From contig PEAM01000003.1 of the NCBI GenBank assembly GCA_002753565.1, positions 9,828-73,827 of the forward strand: a stretch of 64,000 nt of DNA, read 5' to 3'. The notes beneath the pieces were generated by a model. The model saw only the letters and a list, made by a program, of their open reading frames with translations. It searched no databases and was not told the DNA's origin. The DNA comes from Magnetococcales bacterium. Its GTDB lineage: Bacteria > Pseudomonadota > Magnetococcia > Magnetococcales > JADFYX01. Made by a program: the position numbers and the translations under genes. Positions 18,533 to 27,266 of the stretch are shown here, piece by piece; within the stretch, counting starts at the first letter, position 1, and each line of letters opens with the position of its first letter.

Positions 18533-20911
18533 ATGACTGGACCCAACACAAAAAAACCACCAACACACCAAGATGAGTCCAGCGGCAAAACAGGCAACCA
18601 AGCCCAGTCGGCCGCCCATCTTAACAGAAGTTGGGAGATGGCCGAATCCGGACTGTACAAGGAGGCGGTTGTTCTATGGGAACATGCTGCCCGGCTCGCA
18701 TCCACACCCCTTGATGTCACCCCGCTGCTGGTCTGGCTGATCAACAGCCAGCAGATTGTCCAGGCTGCCAAGCTCTATTTTGCCCACGCGACAACCCTTC
18801 AACAGCGGCACCCTCAACTGGAAAAAAAGCTGCTCTCTCTGTTAGCGGCCCATCTTCTGGTCAACAGAGCCGACCTGAAAAAAAGCCTCCCAAGCCACCA
18901 CCCCCTGAAAGAGGATCTACCCTTGGCAAAATTGGCCCTGGCGGCTCTGTGCCAGGGGGATCTGACCAAACTAAAACAGTCGCTCCAATCCCTCTCTTCA
19001 GACTCTCCCTACCGAGAATTTGCCGACATACTCCTCAGCCTCGCTACTCCGCTTGAGGAGCCGGAACGCCTCATCCAAGCACTGCAAACCATTCCGGCCA
19101 GCTCCCCCTTCGCCAATCTGGCTCGGGCCGCCGGCATACGCTCTCTTTCTGGTCGGGCCTTGGCTCGGGCGCTGATGCAGATACCCCAGGTCGACCAGAC
19201 CTTTGTTGCACACCTGCTCGGCATCCCCACCCCGATTATCGACCAGATCAACCAGCTCTCTACCTGCCACAAGAGCGCCCATTTTCTGCAAGCCTTGCTG
19301 GACCATCCAAGCCCCCTCACCGGGCCGTGGATTCGACCGACTTTTCTGGATCTGCTGGTTGATGACCTGGGCAAGCGGGCCGCTGTCGAAGAGCGGATTG
19401 GCCCTTTCAGCAAAACAGAGAATGCCCGACTGTTGGCGCTGCACCACCAGCGAAAAAAAAACCGGGTTCGGACCCGCACCTATTGGAAGCAGTACCGATC
19501 CCTCATTAAAAAACAGCCCGACAGCCGCAACCGATCCCTCACCCTCGCTCAAATTGCCAGCCATTTTGCCACCCTGGAAGAGTCGACCCACTGGCCCTCT
19601 CGGGTGCATATCATCGAACACCTTCAAGAGGCCCGAGGGTGGGACCCCGAAGATAGCGCACTCCTGCTTCGCCTGATTCACTGGCATCAACAGGATGAAG
19701 ACCGGGTGGCCTACTATAGCCTCATCGAAGAGGCCCTGAAACAGTTTCCAACCAACCCCGACATTCTACTGGCCGCCAGCGAGGCCGCCATCCAGAGAAA
19801 AGCCTACAAAAAAGCCCTCGGCCTGATAACCGCAGCCGCCAAGCTGGAACCCAACAACCAAGAGACCCTCTCCCGACAACGGGTCGCCCAGACCCTGCTG
19901 GCCCGAAAACAGATCAAACAGGGCCGTCTGAATCTGGCTCGCAAAGGGTTGGCACACATTCGGCCCCTTGCCCAAAATCGTGCCACAGAGAGCCATCTCT
20001 GTATTCTCCAAGCCATTCTGGAGTCTCTGAGCGGCAACACTGATGCCGAGACAGCCTTTCTGGAGCAGGGAAAAAAACTGGCTGCAAGTGGCCCCCTTTT
20101 TCCCCTCACCCTTCTACTGGAAGCGGGCGAGATGGGCCTCGCCAAAAGCCGCATCTATGACTATCTCAACCGCTTGGAGTTGGAGTGCCAGACCCCTCCC
20201 AACAGAACCGAGACCAAAAAAATCATCACTTTGGCAAAAGATCACTTTGCGCGAAAAAACCCTCTGGTCAGCGAATCATTCGACCGTTTAAAGCGCTATC
20301 TTTCCAAAGGTTCCCGACTGGATTTCAGCAAAAAAGAGGCCGACACTCTCTGCAACGACCTTTTCCAGATCAAACAGTTTTCCCTCCTGAAGTCGTTTGC
20401 CGAATCGGCACAAAAACGGTGGAAGGGAGAGCCGGCTTTTCTCTTTTTCCGTCTCTATGCCGAGAGTGGTGGCGAGACCTACCGGATCTCCGATGAAGAT
20501 TTTTTTGCCCTGCGTGACGCTCTTCCCACCGCAGTCCGCCGGGGCGATGACCTGACCGCCCAGCGCATTGACAGCCTGATGGGCCAATCTCCCCATGGCA
20601 GTCGGCGCAACCTGGGGGCACTCTCCCCGGCCAAAATACCCAAACTGCTTGAAAAACAGTTGGTAAAAAATTTAAAAAAATGGATTGTTTCTGAGTTTGG
20701 ACAGGAGAAGAGAACCAACCTTAACAACGGAGACTCTCTGCGCACCCTGCTGCTAGAGAGGCTGGCCAACAGCGAATATGCCAGTCGTGGCCCCTTTATC
20801 CTGGCCTATCTTGTCGACAAAGCCCTCGACCGAGAAGAGGGGCCGACCGGACAACGCAAAAAGAGGGAGAAACCACCCATACGCCAGTTGGAGATGGACC
20901 TATTCGAATGA
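18533..20911 (+). CDS. Large all-helical (TPR-like?) hypothetical protein, 792 aa
   Basis: Long ORF on the coding-looking strand. It is Leu/Ala-rich with helical-repeat character, and I recognise no catalytic motif. Confidence 0.6.
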   Translation: MTGPNTKKPPTHQDESSGKTGNQAQSAAHLNRSWEMAESGLYKEAVVLWEHAARLASTPLDVTPLLVWLINSQQIVQAAKLYFAHATTLQQRHPQLEKKLLSLLAAHLLVNRADLKKSLPSHHPLKEDLPLAKLALAALCQGDLTKLKQSLQSLSSDSPYREFADILLSLATPLEEPERLIQALQTIPASSPFANLARAAGIRSLSGRALARALMQIPQVDQTFVAHLLGIPTPIIDQINQLSTCHKSAHFLQALLDHPSPLTGPWIRPTFLDLLVDDLGKRAAVEERIGPFSKTENARLLALHHQRKKNRVRTRTYWKQYRSLIKKQPDSRNRSLTLAQIASHFATLEESTHWPSRVHIIEHLQEARGWDPEDSALLLRLIHWHQQDEDRVAYYSLIEEALKQFPTNPDILLAASEAAIQRKAYKKALGLITAAAKLEPNNQETLSRQRVAQTLLARKQIKQGRLNLARKGLAHIRPLAQNRATESHLCILQAILESLSGNTDAETAFLEQGKKLAASGPLFPLTLLLEAGEMGLAKSRIYDYLNRLELECQTPPNRTETKKIITLAKDHFARKNPLVSESFDRLKRYLSKGSRLDFSKKEADTLCNDLFQIKQFSLLKSFAESAQKRWKGEPAFLFFRLYAESGGETYRISDEDFFALRDALPTAVRRGDDLTAQRIDSLMGQSPHGSRRNLGALSPAKIPKLLEKQLVKNLKKWIVSEFGQEKRTNLNNGDSLRTLLLERLANSEYASRGPFILAYLVDKALDREEGPTGQRKKREKPPIRQLEMDLFE

Positions 20912-21285
20912 AAAATCCCTTTCACCTCCTCAACCTTCCCCCTGATGTGAGCGATGAGACGGTCGAAGCCGCCTATCAGCGCCTGATCACCCTCCATACA
21001 GCGCAGCACTCCACCCAGCGCCACCAGGAGATTGAATGGGCCTATCAAACCATCAAAGCCCAACGGGACCGTATTCGCTTTCAACTACTCGAGACCCCCA
21101 CAGCAGACATCCCCACCCTGCTTGGCCCGGCTTTAACAGAGCCAACCCCCGCCCCTCCAAACCAAGAGCAAACCTTGGCGGTCCTCTCTCACGCCCTGAA
21201 AACCTTTAAAATAGCCATGCCCGATTCAGCCAAACCGGCCCCGGTTTCCACTCAGCACTCCGCAGAGATTTCGGCAAAAAACTGA
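20908..21285 (+). CDS. J-domain-like protein lacking the HPD motif (125 aa)
   Basis: NPFHLLNLPPDVSDETVEAAYQRLITLHTAQHS...EIEWAYQTIKAQRDRIRF follows the J-domain pattern, but HPD is replaced by HTA. An ATGA overlap couples it to the upstream 792-aa gene. Confidence 0.5.
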   Translation: MKNPFHLLNLPPDVSDETVEAAYQRLITLHTAQHSTQRHQEIEWAYQTIKAQRDRIRFQLLETPTADIPTLLGPALTEPTPAPPNQEQTLAVLSHALKTFKIAMPDSAKPAPVSTQHSAEISAKN

Positions 21286-22571
21286 ACCATGTTCCGTCCC
21301 GCTGCCTTGGCGGCATAGAGGGCTTTGTCGGCATGTTTGGTCAACATTTCCATATTCTCTCCATCCTGGGGAAAGAGGGCAACACCGATGCTGGAGGTAA
21401 TGTTGACGGTATGCTCCGAGAGGAAAAAATCCGCTGCCAGGCTTTTAAGAATCTTCTCCGCCACCACATGAACCTGCTGCACACTCTCCACCTCGTTGAG
21501 AATCGCCGTAAACTCATCCCCGCCCAGGCGGGCGATGGTATCACTTTTTCTGATGCAGGTGATCAACCGTCTGGCCACCTCAATCAGGAGCAGGTCACCA
21601 ATATCGTGCCCCAAAGTATCGTTGACCTGTTTAAACCGATCCAGATCGAAAAACATGATCGCCATCCGTTTGTTATGGCGACGACTCATAGCCAGGGATT
21701 GATGGATACGGTCATAAAAAAGCTGTCGGTTGGGCAGGCCGGTCAAGACATCATGAAAGGCCAGATGTTTCAGCTTATCCTGCAACAGCCTTGCCTTGGT
21801 GATATCCCGGCCGATAAGCAGTATCTGATCAGACACTTTTCCCGGCACATCGATAGGGATGGTGATCACCTTGGTATAGCACTTTTCGTTGTGTTCATCT
21901 CGGCTGGAAAAGGTCTGATAGGCGGTCTCTCCTCCCCGCAACATCTCGATCAGGAGGGTTGTGTCATCGGCATCATTGCAGGGGTAGCAGGAGGCAGGCC
22001 CCTCTGCATGGTAAAGCTGGCTGCCCATCAGAGCTTTGCGTGTTTGACCAACCACCTTTAAAAAACTCTCATTGGCATCCACCACAGAGAGATCCTGTCG
22101 TTTGAGGACCACAATGGCATCTTCCATACTGTTGAGTACCGTATCGGAGAAGGCTTTGGCCCGTTTCAGATCTTCATTTTTCTTTTTGATGGAGAGAATA
22201 TGCTGCCGGGTCTCCAGAGCGATGCGGACGCGCGATTGCAGCTCCAAAGGGCGAATGGGTTTATGGATAAAGTCGACAGCACCCATTTCAAAACATTGAG
22301 AGATCAGCTTCTCTTCGGTCTCCCCAGTCACCATGATCACCGGTATTTCCGACAGGGTGGGATGGGACTTGAGGGCTTTGAGGAGGGTCAGTCCATCCAC
22401 ATCTGGCATATTGACATCCAGCAGGACCAGATCCGCCAAACGGGACTCCAACTTGGGAACCAGAAAACGGGACTCCATTAAAAAATCGGATGTATGGCCA
22501 CTATCGGCAATCAAGCGAGCTGTCTGTTCAACAACCTGACTATCATCATCCACCACCAAGATCTCTGCCAT
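21252..22571 (-). CDS. Response regulator (REC)-PAS-GGDEF diguanylate cyclase
   Basis: REC domain (ILVVDDD...LLDVNMPDVDG), a PAS-like middle and GGDEF (RLGGDEF). I prefer the ATG at 22571 (MAEILVVDD). Confidence 0.85.
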   Translation of the reverse strand: MAEILVVDDDSQVVEQTARLIADSGHTSDFLMESRFLVPKLESRLADLVLLDVNMPDVDGLTLLKALKSHPTLSEIPVIMVTGETEEKLISQCFEMGAVDFIHKPIRPLELQSRVRIALETRQHILSIKKKNEDLKRAKAFSDTVLNSMEDAIVVLKRQDLSVVDANESFLKVVGQTRKALMGSQLYHAEGPASCYPCNDADDTTLLIEMLRGGETAYQTFSSRDEHNEKCYTKVITIPIDVPGKVSDQILLIGRDITKARLLQDKLKHLAFHDVLTGLPNRQLFYDRIHQSLAMSRRHNKRMAIMFFDLDRFKQVNDTLGHDIGDLLLIEVARRLITCIRKSDTIARLGGDEFTAILNEVESVQQVHVVAEKILKSLAADFFLSEHTVNITSSIGVALFPQDGENMEMLTKHADKALYAAKAAGRNMVQFFAEISAEC

Positions 22572-22731
22572 AAGCGTACCCTTGCCATCCCCATCCAACC
22601 CAGGTTGAACCCAGAAACATCCGAATACTCGGGACAATTTAGCAGATGGCACCCCCTTTTCAAAGGAAGATGAAGAGCCGCCAACCTAACTTGAACAAGT
22701 TTACAGTGTAAAAGCTAGAACTAATCCCCAC

Positions 22732-23787
22732 TTAGCCAAAGTGGATTTTTGCCTCCAGGTTGGCCCGTGAGTCAGCGCTGTTTAAAGCCTCATCCAGGGT
22801 AATGGCCTCCTCTTGATAGAGAGCCAGCAGGGCGGCATCAAAGGATTGAACCCCTTTTTCACTGCTGGCGGCTATGGCCTCTTTCACCTCATCCACACTC
22901 CCTTGCAGAATTTTCTCGGCAATATGAGGGGTGTTGATCATCACCTCCACAGCAGCCCGACGTTTACCGTCTTGGCTGCGGACCAGCCGTTGGGAGAGAA
23001 TAGCACGCAGATAGAGCGAGAGGTCCATAAAGAGCTGTTGGTGTGACGCCTGGGGAAACATGTTGATGATGCGAGTCAAAGCCTGGTTGGCATTGTTGGC
23101 ATGGAGGGTAGAGATACAGAGATGACCGGTTCCAGCCAGCTCCAAAGCGGCCTCCATGGTCTCTCGATTACGGATCTCACCAATCAGAATCACATCCGGG
23201 GCCTCACGCAGACTGCTCTTCAAGGCGTTGGCGTAGGAGTGGGTATCCGGCCCCAGCTCCCGCTGGTTGATAAGAGATTTTTTGTGGGAGTGGAAAAACT
23301 CGACCGGATCTTCAATGGTAAGAATGTGCCCGCCCATCTGGCTGTTGCGGTGGTCTATCATGGCAGCCAGAGTGGTGGACTTACCCGACCCGGTCCCCCC
23401 CACCATCAGCAGCAGCCCCCGCTTGAGCAGGATCAGCTCTTTAAGAACCTCGGGCACCTTCAGGGAGTCGATGCTGGGAACCTGACTGCGGATATAGCGC
23501 AGCACCATGGCAGGAGAGCCTTTTTGGTAGAAGGCGTTAATCCGAAACCGTCCGGCCTCCCCCTGAGAGATGGCAAAATCGATCTCCCGATTTTGCTTGA
23601 AAAAGGCGATCTGGTCTGCATCCATAATCCCCAGCACCGCCCCCTCCACCTGCTCCTGGGAGAGCGAATCGCTGCCTACCGAAGCCATCTGACCATCGAT
23701 TTTCATCTTGGGGGAGGTGCCTGGTGTAAAATAGAGATCCGAGGCCTCTTTTTCGATCATCAATTTCAGATAAGGGGAGATATCCAT
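22732..23787 (-). CDS. pilU: PilT/PilU-family type IV pilus retraction ATPase, PilU-like
   Basis: Walker A GGTGSGKSTT and the PilU-type signature STLHANNANQALTRIINMFP. Confidence 0.8.
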   Translation of the reverse strand: MDISPYLKLMIEKEASDLYFTPGTSPKMKIDGQMASVGSDSLSQEQVEGAVLGIMDADQIAFFKQNREIDFAISQGEAGRFRINAFYQKGSPAMVLRYIRSQVPSIDSLKVPEVLKELILLKRGLLLMVGGTGSGKSTTLAAMIDHRNSQMGGHILTIEDPVEFFHSHKKSLINQRELGPDTHSYANALKSSLREAPDVILIGEIRNRETMEAALELAGTGHLCISTLHANNANQALTRIINMFPQASHQQLFMDLSLYLRAILSQRLVRSQDGKRRAAVEVMINTPHIAEKILQGSVDEVKEAIAASSEKGVQSFDAALLALYQEEAITLDEALNSADSRANLEAKIHFG

Positions 23788-23796
23788 ACGTTTTCT

Positions 23797-24957
23797 CTAC
23801 CCCTCCTCTTGAGAGACCAGGGACAGCCCATCCAGCCCCTGGGTTAAATCGGCCCCCTTGGCCTCTTTGCCCTCCAGCTTGATTTTCAGGCGCAACTCGT
23901 TGGCAGAGTCAGAGGAGCGCAGGGCATCTTCATAGGAGATCTGGTCGGATTCGTACAGATCGAACAGGGCCTGATCGAAGGTCTTCATGCCCAACTCGTT
24001 GGATTTTGCCATAATGGCTTTAATGCCAGAGACATCCCCCTTAAAAATCAGGTCGGAGATCAGAGGGGAGTTCAACATGATCTCCACCGCCGCCACCCGT
24101 CCCCCGCCTTTTTTCTTGAGCAGACGCTGAGAGACAATGGCGCGAAGGTTGAGAGAGAGGTCCATCAACAACTGCTGGCGTTTTTCGGAGGGGAACATGT
24201 TGATGATCCGGTCCAGAGCCTGGTTGGCGCTGTTGGCGTGGAGGGTGGAGAGGGCCAGATGTCCGGTTTCGGCAAAATTGATGGCATGCTCCATGGTCTC
24301 CTGCTCACGCACTTCACCGATTAAAATAACATCTGGCGCCTGACGCAGGGTATTCTTCAAGGCCGCCATCCAATCGGCCGTATCCACCCCCACCTCCCGC
24401 TGGGTGATCATACAGTTGACGTGGGGATGGACATACTCGATGGGATCTTCGATGGTGATGATGTGACCATGGGTCTCTTTGTTACGGACCCCCAACATAG
24501 AGGCCAGGGTGGTGGATTTTCCCGACCCGGTCCCCCCGACAACCAACACCAGACCGGTCTTGCTCAGCACCACCTCTTTTAAGATGGGTGGCAGATTCAT
24601 CTGGTCGAAGTCGGGAATGTCGGTGGTGATGGTCCTTAGCACCATGCCAGAGCTACCCTGCTGAACGAAGGCATTAACCCGGAACCGCCCCACCCCTTTG
24701 GGGTTGATGGCAAAGTTGCATTCAGAAGTGGCGTCAAACTCTTTAATCTGCCGATCATTCATGATAGACCGAACCAACATGCCGACATCTCGTGATGAGA
24801 GAGGCTGTTTGGTCAGCGCTGTCATCTTTCCGTCCAGTTTGGCGGCAGGGGGAAAATTGGCGGTAATGAAAAGATCCGATCCCCCCTGGTTTTTCATGGC
24901 TGTCAACGCATCCAACATAAACTTGATTGCCTGTTCCCGTTCCATAACAACTCCCAA
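23797..24957 (-). CDS. pilU: PilT/PilU-family type IV pilus retraction ATPase, PilU-like with a C-terminal extension
   Basis: GGSDLFITANFPPAAKLDGK, GGTGSGKSTT and STLHANSANQALDRIINMFP. It resembles P. aeruginosa PilU as I recall it. The start may be 24945. Confidence 0.8.
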   Translation of the reverse strand: MGVVMEREQAIKFMLDALTAMKNQGGSDLFITANFPPAAKLDGKMTALTKQPLSSRDVGMLVRSIMNDRQIKEFDATSECNFAINPKGVGRFRVNAFVQQGSSGMVLRTITTDIPDFDQMNLPPILKEVVLSKTGLVLVVGGTGSGKSTTLASMLGVRNKETHGHIITIEDPIEYVHPHVNCMITQREVGVDTADWMAALKNTLRQAPDVILIGEVREQETMEHAINFAETGHLALSTLHANSANQALDRIINMFPSEKRQQLLMDLSLNLRAIVSQRLLKKKGGGRVAAVEIMLNSPLISDLIFKGDVSGIKAIMAKSNELGMKTFDQALFDLYESDQISYEDALRSSDSANELRLKIKLEGKEAKGADLTQGLDGLSLVSQEEG

Positions 24958-25176
24958 CCCCCTGGTTATATTTTATCCGTTTCAAGATGCCACAACAGAG
25001 AATCAACCATTCCTCTCATTTTTTCCAGTTTAAAATACGATCCTCACCCCCGCCAACCCCCGCTTCTGTTGGTAAAAAAAAGGACAAAGGGCAAGAGACC
25101 CCTCCTCTACCCTCTCTAAGGTGTGTTAATATGTTGGGCTGAACCTTTATTGAAAATTAGCGCCAAGAGAGAAACA

Positions 25177-27246
25177 ATGAAAAATCTATGGTCAGAACAG
25201 GAGGCGGCAGCCTCACGCCAAAAATGGGCAGAGGGGAGCCAGAGTGCGCTGGCCCTGCGAATCTACAGCAGCCACCTCTTGGGTCAAAACCCCTCTTTGG
25301 TGCTCCATGGGGGCGGCAACTGCTCCCTCAAGAGCCAGCAAACCGACCTGCTGGGCCGACAGGTTCCGGCCCTGTTTGTCAAAGCCTCTGGTCACGACAT
25401 GGGCCACCTCACCCTGGCTGGTCTGCCGGGTTTAAAGCTGGCGGGACTGCAAGAGCTGCAGGCCCTCAAGAACTTGGACGACCTTGCCATGGTCAACCAA
25501 CTGCGCAGCCACCTGTTTGATGCCGACGCCCCAACCCCCTCCATCGAGGCCCTGCTCCACGCTTTTCTACCGCCTCGCTTTATCGACCACAGCCATGCCG
25601 ACGCCATCCTTACCCTGAGCAACCAGACAAACGGCGCCCAGTTGCTACGGCAGGCTCTGGGAGATCAGGTGATCATTCTCCCCTATGTTCACCCTGGCTT
25701 TGCTCTGGCAAAAGCGGCAGCCGAAGCCTTTGCCGCCCAGCCCACCGCCCACGGCATGGTGCTGATGCAACACGGCCTGATCACCTGGGGAGAAGAGGCC
25801 CGCACCAGCTATGATCGCCACATCGAGCTGGTCACCCTGGCAGAGAACGCCATCCAGAAGCAGATCGGAACGCCCCCCACCCTGCCAAAAATTGACCTGC
25901 AAGAGGCTAAAAAACGCTACCGGGCGATCGCCCCTCAACTTCGGGGTGGGTTATCCATCCCCAGCCAGCAGCCGGGCCGCCCCAGGAAACGTTTTATCCT
26001 ACGCCCCCTCATTCAGCCCGAAAGCCTGGCTATGGTGGGGGATGAGCAGTCTCAGGAGCAGCTCCTGACCCCACCACTCACCTCGGACCATCTCATCCGC
26101 ACCAAACCTCTTGGCGTCTGGATTGAGAACAGCCGGCTGATCCCCCTGGCCCTATCGGCCTATCGGGAGGCCTATCTTGCCTATGTCAACCGGTACGCCA
26201 GGCCCGACCAGACACCCTACGACAGCTCGCCACGGGTGCTGTTTCTGCCCGGTATCGGGGCGGTTTGCGCCGGAGAGAGTGCTGACAAGGCCACGGTTGT
26301 CCGGGATATTACCCGCCAGACCATCCAGGTGAAAAGCCAGATTGCCGCCATGGGCACCTACAAAGGACTCTCGGAGTCTCAACTGTTTGAGATGGAGTAC
26401 CATCCCCTGCAACAGGCCAAGATGGAGCGGCAGTCCAGCCCGGCTTTAGAGGGGTCCGTTGCGGTTATTACCGGGGCAGCGGGTGCCATCGGTGCGGGCA
26501 TCTGCCGGGAGCTGCTCCAACAGGGTTGTCATGTGGCGGCTACCGACCTGGCCGGAGAGCCCCTTAACGCTCTGGTAGCCGAACTGGCTGCCGACCATCC
26601 GGGCCGGGTTGTAGCGGTTGCCATGGATGTCACCAGCCCCGAGGGGGTCCACGAGGCCTTTGGGCAAATAATCGATACCTGGGGTGGGGTGGATCTGGTG
26701 GTCATCAACGCTGGTCTGGCCCACGTCTCCTCTCTGGAAGAGATGAGTATGGAGGCTTTTCAGCGGCTGCAACGGGTCAATGTCGAGGGCACCTTGAATC
26801 TATTCTCCGAAACCGGGCGACTGCTGAAAAAACAGGGCAGCGGCGGAGATGTGGTTCTTATCTCCACCAAAAATGTCTTTGCACCCGGCGCCAATTTTGG
26901 TGCCTACAGCGCCACCAAAGCTGCCGCCCATCAGCTGGCCCGCATTGCCAGCCTGGAGATGGCCGCCATGGATGTTCGGGTTAACATGGTGGCCCCGGAT
27001 GCGGTTTTTTCGGAGGGAAGTCGCAAATCGGGCCTCTGGGCTGAGGTGGGGCCGGACCGCATGAAAGCTCGAGGGCTGGATGAGGCGGGTCTGGAGGCCT
27101 ATTATCAAAACCGCAATCTGCTCAAATCGGCGGTTACCGCCCGCCATGTTGCCAATGCGGTACTCTATTTTGCAACCCGACAAAGCCCCACAACCGGTGC
27201 CACCCTGCCGGTTGATGGTGGTCTGCCGGACGCCACACCCCGCTGA
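25177..27246 (+). CDS. Bifunctional class II aldolase/adducin-domain plus short-chain dehydrogenase (rhamnulose-1-phosphate aldolase/alcohol dehydrogenase-like)
   Basis: About 690 aa. The C-terminal SDR has VITGAAGAIG and YSATKAA, and the N-terminal half is aldolase-like. I prefer the ATG at 25177. Confidence 0.75.
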   Translation: MKNLWSEQEAAASRQKWAEGSQSALALRIYSSHLLGQNPSLVLHGGGNCSLKSQQTDLLGRQVPALFVKASGHDMGHLTLAGLPGLKLAGLQELQALKNLDDLAMVNQLRSHLFDADAPTPSIEALLHAFLPPRFIDHSHADAILTLSNQTNGAQLLRQALGDQVIILPYVHPGFALAKAAAEAFAAQPTAHGMVLMQHGLITWGEEARTSYDRHIELVTLAENAIQKQIGTPPTLPKIDLQEAKKRYRAIAPQLRGGLSIPSQQPGRPRKRFILRPLIQPESLAMVGDEQSQEQLLTPPLTSDHLIRTKPLGVWIENSRLIPLALSAYREAYLAYVNRYARPDQTPYDSSPRVLFLPGIGAVCAGESADKATVVRDITRQTIQVKSQIAAMGTYKGLSESQLFEMEYHPLQQAKMERQSSPALEGSVAVITGAAGAIGAGICRELLQQGCHVAATDLAGEPLNALVAELAADHPGRVVAVAMDVTSPEGVHEAFGQIIDTWGGVDLVVINAGLAHVSSLEEMSMEAFQRLQRVNVEGTLNLFSETGRLLKKQGSGGDVVLISTKNVFAPGANFGAYSATKAAAHQLARIASLEMAAMDVRVNMVAPDAVFSEGSRKSGLWAEVGPDRMKARGLDEAGLEAYYQNRNLLKSAVTARHVANAVLYFATRQSPTTGATLPVDGGLPDATPR

Positions 27247-27266
27247 TCGGGAGAGGATCGATCCCC

